From positions 1-26,810 of the forward strand of contig JAAYHT010000093.1 of NCBI GenBank assembly GCA_012735285.1: 26,810 nt of DNA, in the 5' to 3' direction. The position numbers and the translations under genes were made by a program. Shown one piece after another: positions 6,026 to 17,177 of this stretch; within the stretch, counting starts at the first letter, position 1; each line of letters starts with the position of its first letter. Source of the stretch: Clostridiales bacterium. Lineage in GTDB: Bacteria > Bacillota > Clostridia > Peptostreptococcales > Anaerovoracaceae. The notes under the pieces are model-generated. The model was not told where the DNA came from. It did not search any database and saw only the letters and a list, made by a program, of their open reading frames with translations.

Positions 6026-8944
6026 TTGAATAAAAAGAGGCTAGGTATTGGGATTATAATAATTGTTATATTAATCCTTATAACTGTATTTGGATCGGCT
6101 TTAGGATTCATTACAGATTATCTATGGTTCCGAGAATTGGGATATACGGGGGTGTTTTTCAAGAAGTTATTCACACAGTTTAAACTGGGTATCCCATCCT
6201 TTATCATACTTACCATATTAACTTATATATACCAGATGGCTCTTAAAAGGAGCTATTATAAAAGAGTTAGCACTATAGACTATGCATCCGTTAGCGAGAA
6301 GACTATAAATCGTATTGCATTAGCTATAAGTGCTGTGTTTGGAATATTAGTTACACTGGCTACAGTTGTAAGGCTTTGGTTTGATGTACTGAGATTTGCT
6401 AATAGTACAGATTTCAACATAGCTGATCCAATCTTTAATTTAGACATATCTTTTTATGTTTTCAAGCTAGAATTAATCACCCAAATTAATCAAATAGTCA
6501 TTGTAATAGTTGTAGCCTTTTTAATTGTGACCTTTATCTTCTTTTCAATACTGCTTTCAACTAGAAGGCCTAAGATTTTTGATCAGGGTCCTTCGGAGTT
6601 TGGAGAAGACGGACAGCGCTATACAGGCAATTACAGCGGATTTGGTGTATTCGGGGATGCTTTAAATCAGATGTTTAGAGGTTTTGAGCCTGGCTTTGGC
6701 GGCGGCGGAAGCAGGATAGATAAAAACAATATGAAGGAGCTTGCAGTAATTGCATCCCGACAGTTTAAGATACTTGGCGTAGTATTTTTCTTAATGCTTG
6801 CCGTTAATTTCTGGTTGAAACAATATACCCTGCTATATACCTCGAGCAGAGGTGTGTTATATGGTGCAGGGTTTACTGATATAAATGTCACCCTTTGGGT
6901 ATATCGTGCACTAGTTGTTTTAGCTGTTATAGGAGCCTTTACCTTTGTAAGAGGTTTTCAAAAGAAGAATCTTAGAACGATATTGACCATACCTTTAATT
7001 ATGATAATTGTTTCTGTTATAGGCACTGGTGCAGCTAATGTTGTTCAGAACTTGATAGTATCACCTGATGAAATCAGGAAGGAATACAGCTATCTTGAGA
7101 ATAATATTAAATATACTCAGTATGCATATAACCTCCATGAAATCACAGAAAAAGAGTTCAGTGCCTCAAATACACTTACCAATGAAGACATTCAAAACAA
7201 CATGGGCACTATTTCAAATATCAGGATAAATGACTATGAGCCTGCAGAAAAGTTCTACAACCAGGCCCAGAGTATACGTGCATATTATCAGTTCAACGAT
7301 GTGGATGTGGACCGCTATATGGTAAACGGTGAATACACCCAGGTATTCTTGTCGGCAAGGGAAATCGATGAGTCAAAGATTATAGATCAGCCCTGGCTGG
7401 CTAAGCATCTTAAGTATACTCACGGCTATGGAATAACCCTTTCAAGGGTTGATAAGGTAACAGAAAGCGGGCAGCCGGACCTTTTAATTGACAGCATACC
7501 ACCTATTTCAAGGGTAGATGAAATACAGATTGAAAGACCCGAAATCTACTTTGGTGAATTAACCAACAATTATATTATTGTAAATACCGATGAATTGGAA
7601 TTCGACTATCCAAGCGGCGATATCAACGTTTATACCACATATGAAGGAAATGCGGGTATTAATTTAAACCATATTAACAGAATTTTGTTTGCTCTACGTG
7701 AGCAGAGCTTAAAAATTTTGGTATCAAGCAATATTAATAGTGATTCCAAGATCATCATAAGGCGTAACATTATGGATAGGGTAAATACTATAGCACCTTT
7801 CTTAAGCTACGACTCAGACCCCTATATAGTAGCTGAAGATGGAAAACTGTATTGGATGCTTGATGCCTATACCTATAGCAATAAGTATCCCTATTCTGAG
7901 CCCTTTAATAATGAAAATGGGATTAACTATATTAGAAACTCAGTTAAGGTAGTAATAGATGCTTACAACGGTGACACTAATTTCTACCTTGTGGACGATC
8001 AGGATCCTATAGCAAACACCCTGCAGAAGATCTATCCAGAACTGTTTAAGGATTTTGAAGAGATGCCCGAGTCATTGCAAAAGCATATTAGATATCCTAA
8101 TATGTTGTTCACGATTCAGGCTCACATATATGCAAAATACCATATGGATGATGTGGAAGTATTCTACCAGGCTGAGGATAAATGGGAGATTTCTAAAGAA
8201 ATGTACGGCATGGAAGAAATACAGATGACACCAAACTACTATATTATGAAACTCCCGGGAGAAGAGGAAATAGAATTTATCAATTCAATCCCTTATACAC
8301 CTGTAGGGAAGAAGAATATGAATGCTCTATTGATAGCAAGAAACGATGGAGAGCACTATGGACAGCTGGTACTTTACAGACTGCCAAAATCAAAGATCAT
8401 TTACGGACCTATGCAGGTTGAAGGGTTTATAGACCAGAACACTGAGATCTCTAAAGAATTCACCCTTTGGAACTCAGCGGGTTCTAGTTATACCAGAGGT
8501 AATATGTTTGTAATACCGATAGAAGACTCCCTAGTCTATGTTGAACCTATATACCTGGAGGCAACAAGCGGAAGCTTGCCTGAAGTTAAGAGGGTCATTA
8601 TCTACTACAACAACAGAATAGCTTATGAACCAACCCTAGCTGATGCACTGGATGTTATGTTTGGTACCGGTGCAGGAGCTGGTCTGAATGGTGATATTGA
8701 AGAGCCTGGCGGGCAAGTTGGAGAAGAAGATGATGTGGTAGATACTATTGATGATCTGATCCTCAAAGCTGTAGAGGCCTACAACAAGGCAAAGGATGCT
8801 CAGCAGCAGGGCGATTGGGCTTCCTATGGAAGGTATCTAAAGGACCTTGAATCCTACTTGAATGAGCTTAGCGGAGGAGCAGGGCAAGCAGCCCCCGAGA
8901 CGGTAGAAGTTGACCCAGATATAATCGAAGGAGTCGTAAATTAA
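6026..8944 (+). CDS. UPF0182-family membrane protein
   Basis: 972 aa with a TTG start. N-terminal multi-TM region (TDYLWFRELGY), HLKYTHGYG and YIRNSVKVVIDAYNG motifs. Confidence 0.92.
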   Translation: MNKKRLGIGIIIIVILILITVFGSALGFITDYLWFRELGYTGVFFKKLFTQFKLGIPSFIILTILTYIYQMALKRSYYKRVSTIDYASVSEKTINRIALAISAVFGILVTLATVVRLWFDVLRFANSTDFNIADPIFNLDISFYVFKLELITQINQIVIVIVVAFLIVTFIFFSILLSTRRPKIFDQGPSEFGEDGQRYTGNYSGFGVFGDALNQMFRGFEPGFGGGGSRIDKNNMKELAVIASRQFKILGVVFFLMLAVNFWLKQYTLLYTSSRGVLYGAGFTDINVTLWVYRALVVLAVIGAFTFVRGFQKKNLRTILTIPLIMIIVSVIGTGAANVVQNLIVSPDEIRKEYSYLENNIKYTQYAYNLHEITEKEFSASNTLTNEDIQNNMGTISNIRINDYEPAEKFYNQAQSIRAYYQFNDVDVDRYMVNGEYTQVFLSAREIDESKIIDQPWLAKHLKYTHGYGITLSRVDKVTESGQPDLLIDSIPPISRVDEIQIERPEIYFGELTNNYIIVNTDELEFDYPSGDINVYTTYEGNAGINLNHINRILFALREQSLKILVSSNINSDSKIIIRRNIMDRVNTIAPFLSYDSDPYIVAEDGKLYWMLDAYTYSNKYPYSEPFNNENGINYIRNSVKVVIDAYNGDTNFYLVDDQDPIANTLQKIYPELFKDFEEMPESLQKHIRYPNMLFTIQAHIYAKYHMDDVEVFYQAEDKWEISKEMYGMEEIQMTPNYYIMKLPGEEEIEFINSIPYTPVGKKNMNALLIARNDGEHYGQLVLYRLPKSKIIYGPMQVEGFIDQNTEISKEFTLWNSAGSSYTRGNMFVIPIEDSLVYVEPIYLEATSGSLPEVKRVIIYYNNRIAYEPTLADALDVMFGTGAGAGLNGDIEEPGGQVGEEDDVVDTIDDLILKAVEAYNKAKDAQQQGDWASYGRYLKDLESYLNELSGGAGQAAPETVEVDPDIIEGVVN

Positions 8945-8972
8945 TAAGGCTAATTGATGATAATATAAGGGT

Positions 8973-9001
8973 TGTAGGTGTCGGGTAAACTGACACCTAT
9001 A
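8973..9001 (+). terminator. Hairpin/terminator after UPF0182
   Basis: 12-bp stem TGTAGGTGTCGG/CTGACACCTATA with two G.U pairs; weak U tract. Confidence 0.6.
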
Positions 9002-9005
9002 ATTC

Positions 9006-9035
9006 TTTACAAGTAAAATACAATAGTGATATACT
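9006..9035 (+). promoter_or_regulatory. Promoter for glnA-serS-DUF951
   Basis: TTTACA (9006-9011), 18-nt spacer, TGa-TATACT extended -10 (9030-9035). Confidence 0.6.
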
Positions 9036-9056
9036 TAGAATGTTGAAAAGGAGGGC

Positions 9057-10967
9057 ATGTTTATGATTCTGGACAAAATGCTGTTTACTATACCTGCTGA
9101 TGCACATAGTAAAGAAGAGATAACAGAAATATTGAAAAAACACCCAGAAGTAAAGTTTGTCTCATTCGTAGGTGTGGATATTGGCGGACACGACACCGAT
9201 GAGAAAATTCCCGTAAAATTATTTATAGAAGAAATGGATAGGTTTTTCCAGCAGGGTGTCCAGACAGACGGTTCTAGTGTAGTATTGCCCCGCATTGCGA
9301 CACTTAACAATGCCAAGGTTGATATAATCCCAGACTTAGATGTTAATTGGTATGTAGATTATAATTTAAAACATATAGGAGATGACGGTACACCTGTAGG
9401 AACCTTGAGAATACCTTCTTCACTATTTCACAACGATACTGAAGAAGTAGGTTCCCGCTATATTCTCAAAAAAGCCGCAGAAGTTTTTAGAAAAGAACTG
9501 CTTGATTTGATAAAAGAAAATCCCTATGTGTTGGAATATACGGAGATTAATTCAGTAGACGAGATTGAAAGAATTGTTATGACAGGTGCCACTGAGCTTG
9601 AGTTCTGGGTTAAAACACCTGAAGATAAGGCTGACAGGCAGCAGCTTTCCACATCCCAGGAACTCAAGGAGCAATACTGGCAGAGAACAAGAGGACCTGT
9701 GAGAACAGCCTTGGAAATGTCCCTGATTTTCTTAGATAAATATGGATTCGGAGTAGAGATGGGACATTAGGAAGTAGGGGGAATCAAGGCCAAATTCGGC
9801 AACTCAGGCCGCTACGACCATATAATGGAGCAGCTTGAAATAGACTGGAAATACAGTACATTACTACAAGCTGCTGATAATGAATTGCAAATAAAATATA
9901 TTATCAAAGATATATTCAGATTAAACGGCTTAGATGTAACCTTTATGGCAAAACCTATAGAAGGGGTATCAGGTAACGGAAAGCATACCCATATAGGTGT
10001 GGCTGCTAAACTGAAGGACGGAAGAACTGTAAATCTGTTTACGCCAAAAGATATTAAAAGCCATTTCTTGACGCCCATAGGTTTTGGCGCAATGATGGGT
10101 ATATTGAAAAACTACGAGATCATGAACCCATTTATTGCATCTACTAATGATGCTCTGAATCGATTAAAACCCGGCTTTGAGGCACCGGTCTGCATAGTAA
10201 CATCCTTAGGCCACAGTATTGAGAATCCATCGAGAAATAGGACAGTTTTGCTGGGCTTGGTAAGAGAGGAAGAGGATCCTCTTTCTACAAGGTTTGAGCT
10301 GCGTTCACCAAATCCCAAGAGCAACACATATCTGGTATTGGCCACAGCCTACCTTACTATGCTGGATGGGATTAAAGCTGTATTAAGGGCTAAGAAGACT
10401 TCTCCGGAACTTGAAAGAGCCTTATCAAAGGAATACGGTGAAGAAGTCTTCTATTTAGAAAAAGACAGGGCTTACAGGAGCGAAGAGAATGTCTATGAGG
10501 CCTTTACGCAGGAAGAGCGCAACAAATACTTTGGTATTCCTCCCGCAACTGTTTGGGAAAGCGTGAGTGCATTTGAAAAATATCCTGATAAACTAAAGGT
10601 GCTTATGCAGGATGGTGTGTTTACTGACCTTATACTATCGTCATATAAGCAGGCCATAATCGATCTGTGGGCAATGGAGTTGCATAACAGGATAATACCT
10701 AATACAATGGAATTTGTAAGAGAGTGTAAAAAATGCCATGATGATCATGACTGCACCGACATGGATTTACTAAACTGGAGTAAAATCCAGAATTTAAGGA
10801 AATACTTGGGGCAGGATAAGATAGATAAGAAGTCTCTACTGACTAGGATAAAGAATGCCCTTGATGATGGGGACTATGAGACTGCATCTAAGCTGCAAAA
10901 AGAGATGCAGGAAAAAGTAGAGCTATTAGTTCAGATATATACTGATTACAAGAATAATTTACTATAA
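9057..10967 (+). pseudogene. glnA: Glutamine synthetase (long clostridial type), single frame interrupted by TAG at 9768-9770 (real pseudogene or base error)
   Basis: Motifs QTDGSS, TELEFWV, EMGH*EVGG, EQLEIDW, FMAKP, LKPGFEAP and RFELRSP. ORFs 9057..9770 and 9825..10967 share a frame, 636 codons plus stop. Confidence 0.85.
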
Positions 10968-12266
<1,299 letters not shown>

Positions 12267-12279
12267 TTGGAGGTTCCTT

Positions 12280-12471
12280 ATGCCTTTAAAAATAAATGTA
12301 GGGGATATAGTTGAACTTAAGAAGAAACATCCTTGCGGTGGAAATACATTTATTGTAAGGCGGGCGGGCATGGATTTTCGTCTGGAATGTACAACTTGTA
12401 ATACACAAGTTTGGTTGCCAAGACCCAAGCTTGAAAAAAGGGTTAAAAAAATTATAGAAAATAGTGATTGA
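12280..12471 (+). CDS. DUF951-family small zinc-finger-like protein
   Basis: GDIVELKKKHPCG...GMDFRLECTTC...LEKRVK pattern; RBS GGAGG. Confidence 0.85.
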   Translation: MPLKINVGDIVELKKKHPCGGNTFIVRRAGMDFRLECTTCNTQVWLPRPKLEKRVKKIIENSD

Positions 12472-12496
12472 CAAAAGCAAAAATCTTTCATATACT
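12468..12496 (+). promoter_or_regulatory. Sigma-A promoter of the leu operon leader
   Basis: TTGACA (12468-12473), 17-nt spacer, TATACT (12491-12496). The -35 overlaps the DUF951 TGA stop. Confidence 0.8.
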
Positions 12497-12502
12497 GTTG
12501 GC

Positions 12503-12766
12503 AATATATCTTAAATGCAGTGACGGAGTTTTAATTGATTAAAAACAGCGTTACAGAGAGTCGGCGTTGCTGGAAGGCCGATACGCTATAATCAGTTATT
12601 CTCGCTCCCGAGCAGAACCCCTGAAAATTGCAGTAAGGGGTTACGGCAGACACCGTTATCAAAGTCAAGGGTTTGATTGAACCTGTTGAGCTGATCGGGT
12701 ATTCCGGTAATCAGGGTGGTACCGCGGTATATTATCGTCCCTGGAGTAAAAACTCCGGGGTTTTTT
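12503..12766 (+). ncRNA. T-box riboswitch, Leu specifier (CUC)
   Basis: Stem I with AGAGA and GCUG motifs; specifier CTC at 12601-12603 just before the GCTCC stem base; T-box AGGGTGGTACCGCG at 12713-12726; terminator CCCTGGAGT/ACTCCGGGG plus T6 at 12739-12766; upstream of leuA. Confidence 0.92.
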
Positions 12767-12807
12767 ATTTCCCTCGGAGTGAAAAAATTAATTTGGAGGA
12801 AATAAAA

Positions 12808-14337
12808 ATGAGTAAGATGATTAAAATTTTTGACACAACTTTAAGAGACGGCGAACAGTCGCCAGGTTGTAGCATGAATTTAAAAGAAAAGATAGAGATG
12901 GCAAGGCAGCTAGAGAGAATGAGGGTTGACATCATAGAAGCAGGATTTGCAATTTCATCTCCGGGAGATTTTCAATCTGTAAAAACAATAGCTGAGACTG
13001 TAAAGGAATGTAAGGTTGCAAGCCTAGCAAGGGCAACCAAAGAGGATATCGACAGAGCATGGGAAGCTGTTAAAAATGCTGAACAGCCTGTTATCCACAC
13101 CTTTATTGCAACCTCGCCTATTCATATGGAATACAAACTTAAGATGACCCCAGAGGAAGTATATGAGCAATCTGTGGAAATGGTGAAATATGCGAAGAAA
13201 TATTGCAGCGATATTGAATTTTCAGCAGAAGACGCCACAAGAAGCGATCCTGAGTTCCTGGCTAAACTCTTTGATGGAGTAATAAGGGCCGGCGCAACGA
13301 CTATTAATATACCAGATACAGTAGGCTATACTGTTCCTGATGAATTCTATGAGTTTTTAATGAAGATCAAGGAAAACTGTCCTGCATTGGAAAATGTAAA
13401 TATGTCTGTACACTGCCATAATGACTTAGGGCTTGCTGTTGCAAATTCAATTGTTGCAATAAAGGCTGGCGCAAATCAGATAGAATGTACTATTAATGGT
13501 ATTGGAGAGCGGGCAGGAAACGCTGCCATGGAAGAGATAGTCATGGCTTTGAAGACCAGAAAAGATGTTTTAAATGCTGATACAAGAATTGTTACAACAG
13601 AGATAGCAAGGGCATCAAGACTGTTAACACGTATCACGGGTGTTAAGGTACAGCCTAACAAGGCAATAGTGGGACAGAATGCCTTTGCCCACGAATCAGG
13701 AATCCACCAGCATGGAGTTTTACAGAACAAGGCCCCATATGAAATTATGACCCCAGAATCAGTAGGCTTATCCGTAGACAATATAGTCCTTGGCAAGCAT
13801 TCTGGAAAGCATGCGTTTAGGGAAAAGGTAAAAGAACTTGGCTTTGAGATGAGCGAAAAGGAAATTGAAGAAGCCTTCCAGAAATTTAAAGTTATTGCAG
13901 ACAAGAAAAAGACTGTATACGATAGGGATATAGAAGAACTTATAAGCAAAGAGGCAATGCAGGTCCCCAAGACCTTCCAGGTTCACAGTTATGTTATAAA
14001 CTGCGGAAACAGCATTACCTCAACAGCGGTTGTAAACTTAACTAAGGATTCAAAACCCGTAGAAGAGGTTGCCAGAGGGGACGGTCCTATCGATGCCGCA
14101 TTTAAGGCTATTGAAAAGATCGTAGGCGTAGATATTAAACTTGAGGACTATCAACTCAACTCAGTAACAGAGGGCATGGATGCTCTTGGAGATGCGGTAG
14201 TAAAGATCAGATTTAACGGTAAAGTCTATTCAGGAAGGGGACTTTCAACGGACATCATCGAGGCCAGTATCCACGCATACGTTAATGCTGTGAACAAGAT
14301 GTATTATGATAAGAGAAGTGAAAAGGAAGTGAATTAA
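12808..14337 (+). CDS. leuA: 2-isopropylmalate synthase (start moved to ATG 12808)
   Basis: GGAGG RBS at 12795-12799. Motifs DTTLRDGEQ, HCHND, GIGERAGN and HESGIHQ, plus the C-terminal regulatory domain; 509 aa. The track's 12673 start lies inside the T-box. Confidence 0.96.
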   Translation: MSKMIKIFDTTLRDGEQSPGCSMNLKEKIEMARQLERMRVDIIEAGFAISSPGDFQSVKTIAETVKECKVASLARATKEDIDRAWEAVKNAEQPVIHTFIATSPIHMEYKLKMTPEEVYEQSVEMVKYAKKYCSDIEFSAEDATRSDPEFLAKLFDGVIRAGATTINIPDTVGYTVPDEFYEFLMKIKENCPALENVNMSVHCHNDLGLAVANSIVAIKAGANQIECTINGIGERAGNAAMEEIVMALKTRKDVLNADTRIVTTEIARASRLLTRITGVKVQPNKAIVGQNAFAHESGIHQHGVLQNKAPYEIMTPESVGLSVDNIVLGKHSGKHAFREKVKELGFEMSEKEIEEAFQKFKVIADKKKTVYDRDIEELISKEAMQVPKTFQVHSYVINCGNSITSTAVVNLTKDSKPVEEVARGDGPIDAAFKAIEKIVGVDIKLEDYQLNSVTEGMDALGDAVVKIRFNGKVYSGRGLSTDIIEASIHAYVNAVNKMYYDKRSEKEVN

Positions 14338-15609
14338 ATGGGCATGACAATGACACAAAAAATCCTTGCGGCTCATGCCGGGCTTGAGGAAGTGAAAGCT
14401 GGACAGTTCATAGAAGCTGATTTGGATATAGTTTTAGGCAACGATATCACTGCTCCCGTTGCTATAAAAGAATTTTACAAGATGGGAGCAAAGCAAGTTT
14501 ATGACAAAGACAAGGTTGTGCTTGTACCAGATCACTTTACACCTAATAAGGATATTAAGACAGCCCAGCTTTGCAAGGAGTTAAGAGAGTTTGCCGTCAA
14601 GATGGATATCACCAACTATTTCGAAGTAGGAGAGGTGGGCATCGAGCATGCCCTTCTCCCCGAGAAGGGATTAGTGGTTGCAGGAGATGTTGTAATAGGT
14701 GCAGACTCACATACTTGTACCTATGGCGCACTAGGAGCCTTTTCAACTGGTATAGGTTCTACTGATATGGCAGCCGGTATGGCGACAGGCAAGGCCTGGT
14801 TTAAGGTACCTTCAGCTATAAAGTTTCAGTTGGAAGGAAAGCCGGGCAAATGGGTCAGCGGAAAGGATATAATACTTCATATCATCGGTAAAATAGGCGT
14901 TGACGGAGCATTATATAAATCAATGGAGTTTATGGGTCCAGGACTAGCCCATCTATCTATGGATGACCGCTTTACTATGGCAAACATGGCTATTGAAGCG
15001 GGAGCTAAAAACGGAATATTTGCAGTTGATGAGAAGACTATAGAATACATGGATCAACATAAGAATGAACACATGAAAAAAGAGATAAAAGTTTATAGTC
15101 CGGATGATGATGCAGAATATGACGAGACCTATGTGATTGATCTATCGGAGATAAAGCCAACAGTGGCATTTCCCCATCTACCGGAAAACACAAAGACCAT
15201 AGATGAGGTAGGAGAAATTGAAATTGATCAGGCTGTCATTGGCTCATGCACTAACGGTAGACTTGAGGACATGAGAATAGCAGCAGAGATCCTTAAAGAC
15301 AGAAAGGCAGCAAAAAATGTCCGCCTCATAATAATTCCGGCAACTCAGAAAATATATTTAGATTGCATCAAGAAGGGATATGCAGAAATCTTTATAAATG
15401 CAGGAGCTGTATTTTCAACTCCCACCTGCGGACCCTGTATGGGAGGCCATATGGGAGTATTGGCAGCAGGTGAAAGGGCCATATCGACTACCAACCGTAA
15501 TTTTGTAGGAAGAATGGGGCATGTGGATTCAGAGATCTATCTTGCTAGCCCTGCGGTGGCTGCTGCTTCAGCCGTGGCAGGAAAGATAATCAGCCCTGAT
15601 GATTTATAA
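14338..15609 (+). CDS. leuC: 3-isopropylmalate dehydratase large subunit
   Basis: GADSHT, GSCTNGR, CGPC and STTNRNF motifs; position in the operon. Confidence 0.95.
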   Translation: MGMTMTQKILAAHAGLEEVKAGQFIEADLDIVLGNDITAPVAIKEFYKMGAKQVYDKDKVVLVPDHFTPNKDIKTAQLCKELREFAVKMDITNYFEVGEVGIEHALLPEKGLVVAGDVVIGADSHTCTYGALGAFSTGIGSTDMAAGMATGKAWFKVPSAIKFQLEGKPGKWVSGKDIILHIIGKIGVDGALYKSMEFMGPGLAHLSMDDRFTMANMAIEAGAKNGIFAVDEKTIEYMDQHKNEHMKKEIKVYSPDDDAEYDETYVIDLSEIKPTVAFPHLPENTKTIDEVGEIEIDQAVIGSCTNGRLEDMRIAAEILKDRKAAKNVRLIIIPATQKIYLDCIKKGYAEIFINAGAVFSTPTCGPCMGGHMGVLAAGERAISTTNRNFVGRMGHVDSEIYLASPAVAAASAVAGKIISPDDL

Positions 15610-15626
15610 TAGAAAGGAAAGTTAAG

Positions 15627-16106
15627 ATGGGATACGTATTTAAATATGGAGATAATGTCGATACCGACGTGATTATACCCGCACGCTACTTAAATGCTCC
15701 TGACCCGGAAGAGCTGGCAAAACACTGCATGGAGGATATAGATAAGGACTTTGCTAAAAAGGTTAAGAAGGGAGATATTATTGTAGCGGGAAAGAACTTC
15801 GGATGCGGTTCCTCGAGAGAACATGCACCTGTAGCTATAAAAGCTGCCGGTGTGCAGTGTGTCATAGCCTCATCCTTTGCAAGAATCTTCTATAGAAACT
15901 CCTTCAATACAGGCCTGCCCATACTAGAATGCCAAGAGGCTGCTAGTAAGATATCAGAAGGTGACGAAGTCACAGTAGATTTTGCAACTGGAAAAATCAC
16001 CAACGTTACTAAAGGCGAAGTCTATCAGGCTGAGCCTTTCCCTGAGTTCATACAAAAGATTATAGCTAGCGGTGGGCTTGTAAATTACGTAAAGGAGAAT
16101 CTGTAG
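15627..16106 (+). CDS. leuD: 3-isopropylmalate dehydratase small subunit
   Basis: [23 protein letters not shown] and SFARIFYRN motifs. Confidence 0.95.
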   Translation: MGYVFKYGDNVDTDVIIPARYLNAPDPEELAKHCMEDIDKDFAKKVKKGDIIVAGKNFGCGSSREHAPVAIKAAGVQCVIASSFARIFYRNSFNTGLPILECQEAASKISEGDEVTVDFATGKITNVTKGEVYQAEPFPEFIQKIIASGGLVNYVKENL

Positions 16107-17177
16107 ATGGAATATAGCATAGCAGTTGTAAAAGGTGATGGCATAGGACCTGAGGTCATAGAAGAGGCAAAGAAGGTTTTAAATAGGGTTGGAGAAAGGT
16201 TTGGACATAGATTTGAATATAAGGAACTGTTGGCAGGGGGATCTGCTATAGATCAACTAGGGTTGGCCCTTCCCTCTGAGACCATAGAAGCCTGTAAAAA
16301 TAGCGATAGCGTACTACTAGGTGCTGTAGGAGGCCCTAAATGGGACCACCTACCAGGAGACAAGCGACCGGAACAGGCTATTTTGGGGCTGAGAAAACAG
16401 CTGGGACTCTTTGCGAATATTAGGCCTGCCATATTATTCCCCGAACTGGCCGATGCCTGCCCCCTTAGGAGGGAATCGGTAGAAGGGGGATTAGATTTAA
16501 TCGTAGTAAGGGAATTAACCGGTGGAATATATTTCGGCGAGAAGGGTTATAAGGATACGGAAAAGGGCCGCGCTGCATACGATGTTGAGATATATTCCGA
16601 AAAAGAGGTTGAGAGAATAGCTAAGGTAGCCTTTGAAATGGCTAGAAAACGCCGAAAAAAACTTACAAGCGTAGATAAGGCCAACGTGCTTGAAAGTTCA
16701 AGATTATGGAGAAGTGTGGTTAATAGGGTAGGAAAAGACTATCCCGATGTGGAGCTTAGCCATATGTATATAGATAATGCTGCAATGCAGCTAATTAGAG
16801 AACCCAAACAATTTGATGTTATAGTTACCAACAACATGTTCGGAGATATACTGACGGATGAGGCAAGCATGATAACAGGTTCAATCGGCATGCTTCCTTC
16901 TGCAAGCTTAGCGGAGGGAAATTTCGGCTTATATGAACCTATTCATGGAAGTGCCCCTGATATTGCAGGAAAAGATATTGCAAACCCCATGGCTACTATC
17001 TTATCGGTTGCTATGATGTTAAGATTCACATTTGGCCTTTCTGAAGAGGCAGATGCTGTAGAGCTGGCAGTAAAATCCGTATTAAGAGAAGGATATAGGA
17101 CAGCAGATATAATGAGCCAAGGCATGAAGAAAATAGGTACTAAGGAAGCAGGAGATAGGATAGCTAAAGCAATTTAG
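16107..17177 (+). CDS. leuB: 3-isopropylmalate dehydrogenase
   Basis: [37 protein letters not shown] and [12 protein letters not shown] motifs. Confidence 0.97.
   Translation: MEYSIAVVKGDGIGPEVIEEAKKVLNRVGERFGHRFEYKELLAGGSAIDQLGLALPSETIEACKNSDSVLLGAVGGPKWDHLPGDKRPEQAILGLRKQLGLFANIRPAILFPELADACPLRRESVEGGLDLIVVRELTGGIYFGEKGYKDTEKGRAAYDVEIYSEKEVERIAKVAFEMARKRRKKLTSVDKANVLESSRLWRSVVNRVGKDYPDVELSHMYIDNAAMQLIREPKQFDVIVTNNMFGDILTDEASMITGSIGMLPSASLAEGNFGLYEPIHGSAPDIAGKDIANPMATILSVAMMLRFTFGLSEEADAVELAVKSVLREGYRTADIMSQGMKKIGTKEAGDRIAKAI

Noticed and set aside
4364-10967. Genome-wide stop-codon reassignment as the explanation for the internal stops
   Set aside because: TAG ends pckA, serS, leuD and leuB, and TAA ends glnA and leuA, at their expected termini. 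The internal stops use two different codons and replace different residues.
12673-12807. 45-aa N-terminal extension of LeuA or a leader peptide
   Set aside because: It overlaps the T-box antiterminator/terminator and has no RBS; the true start is ATG 12808.
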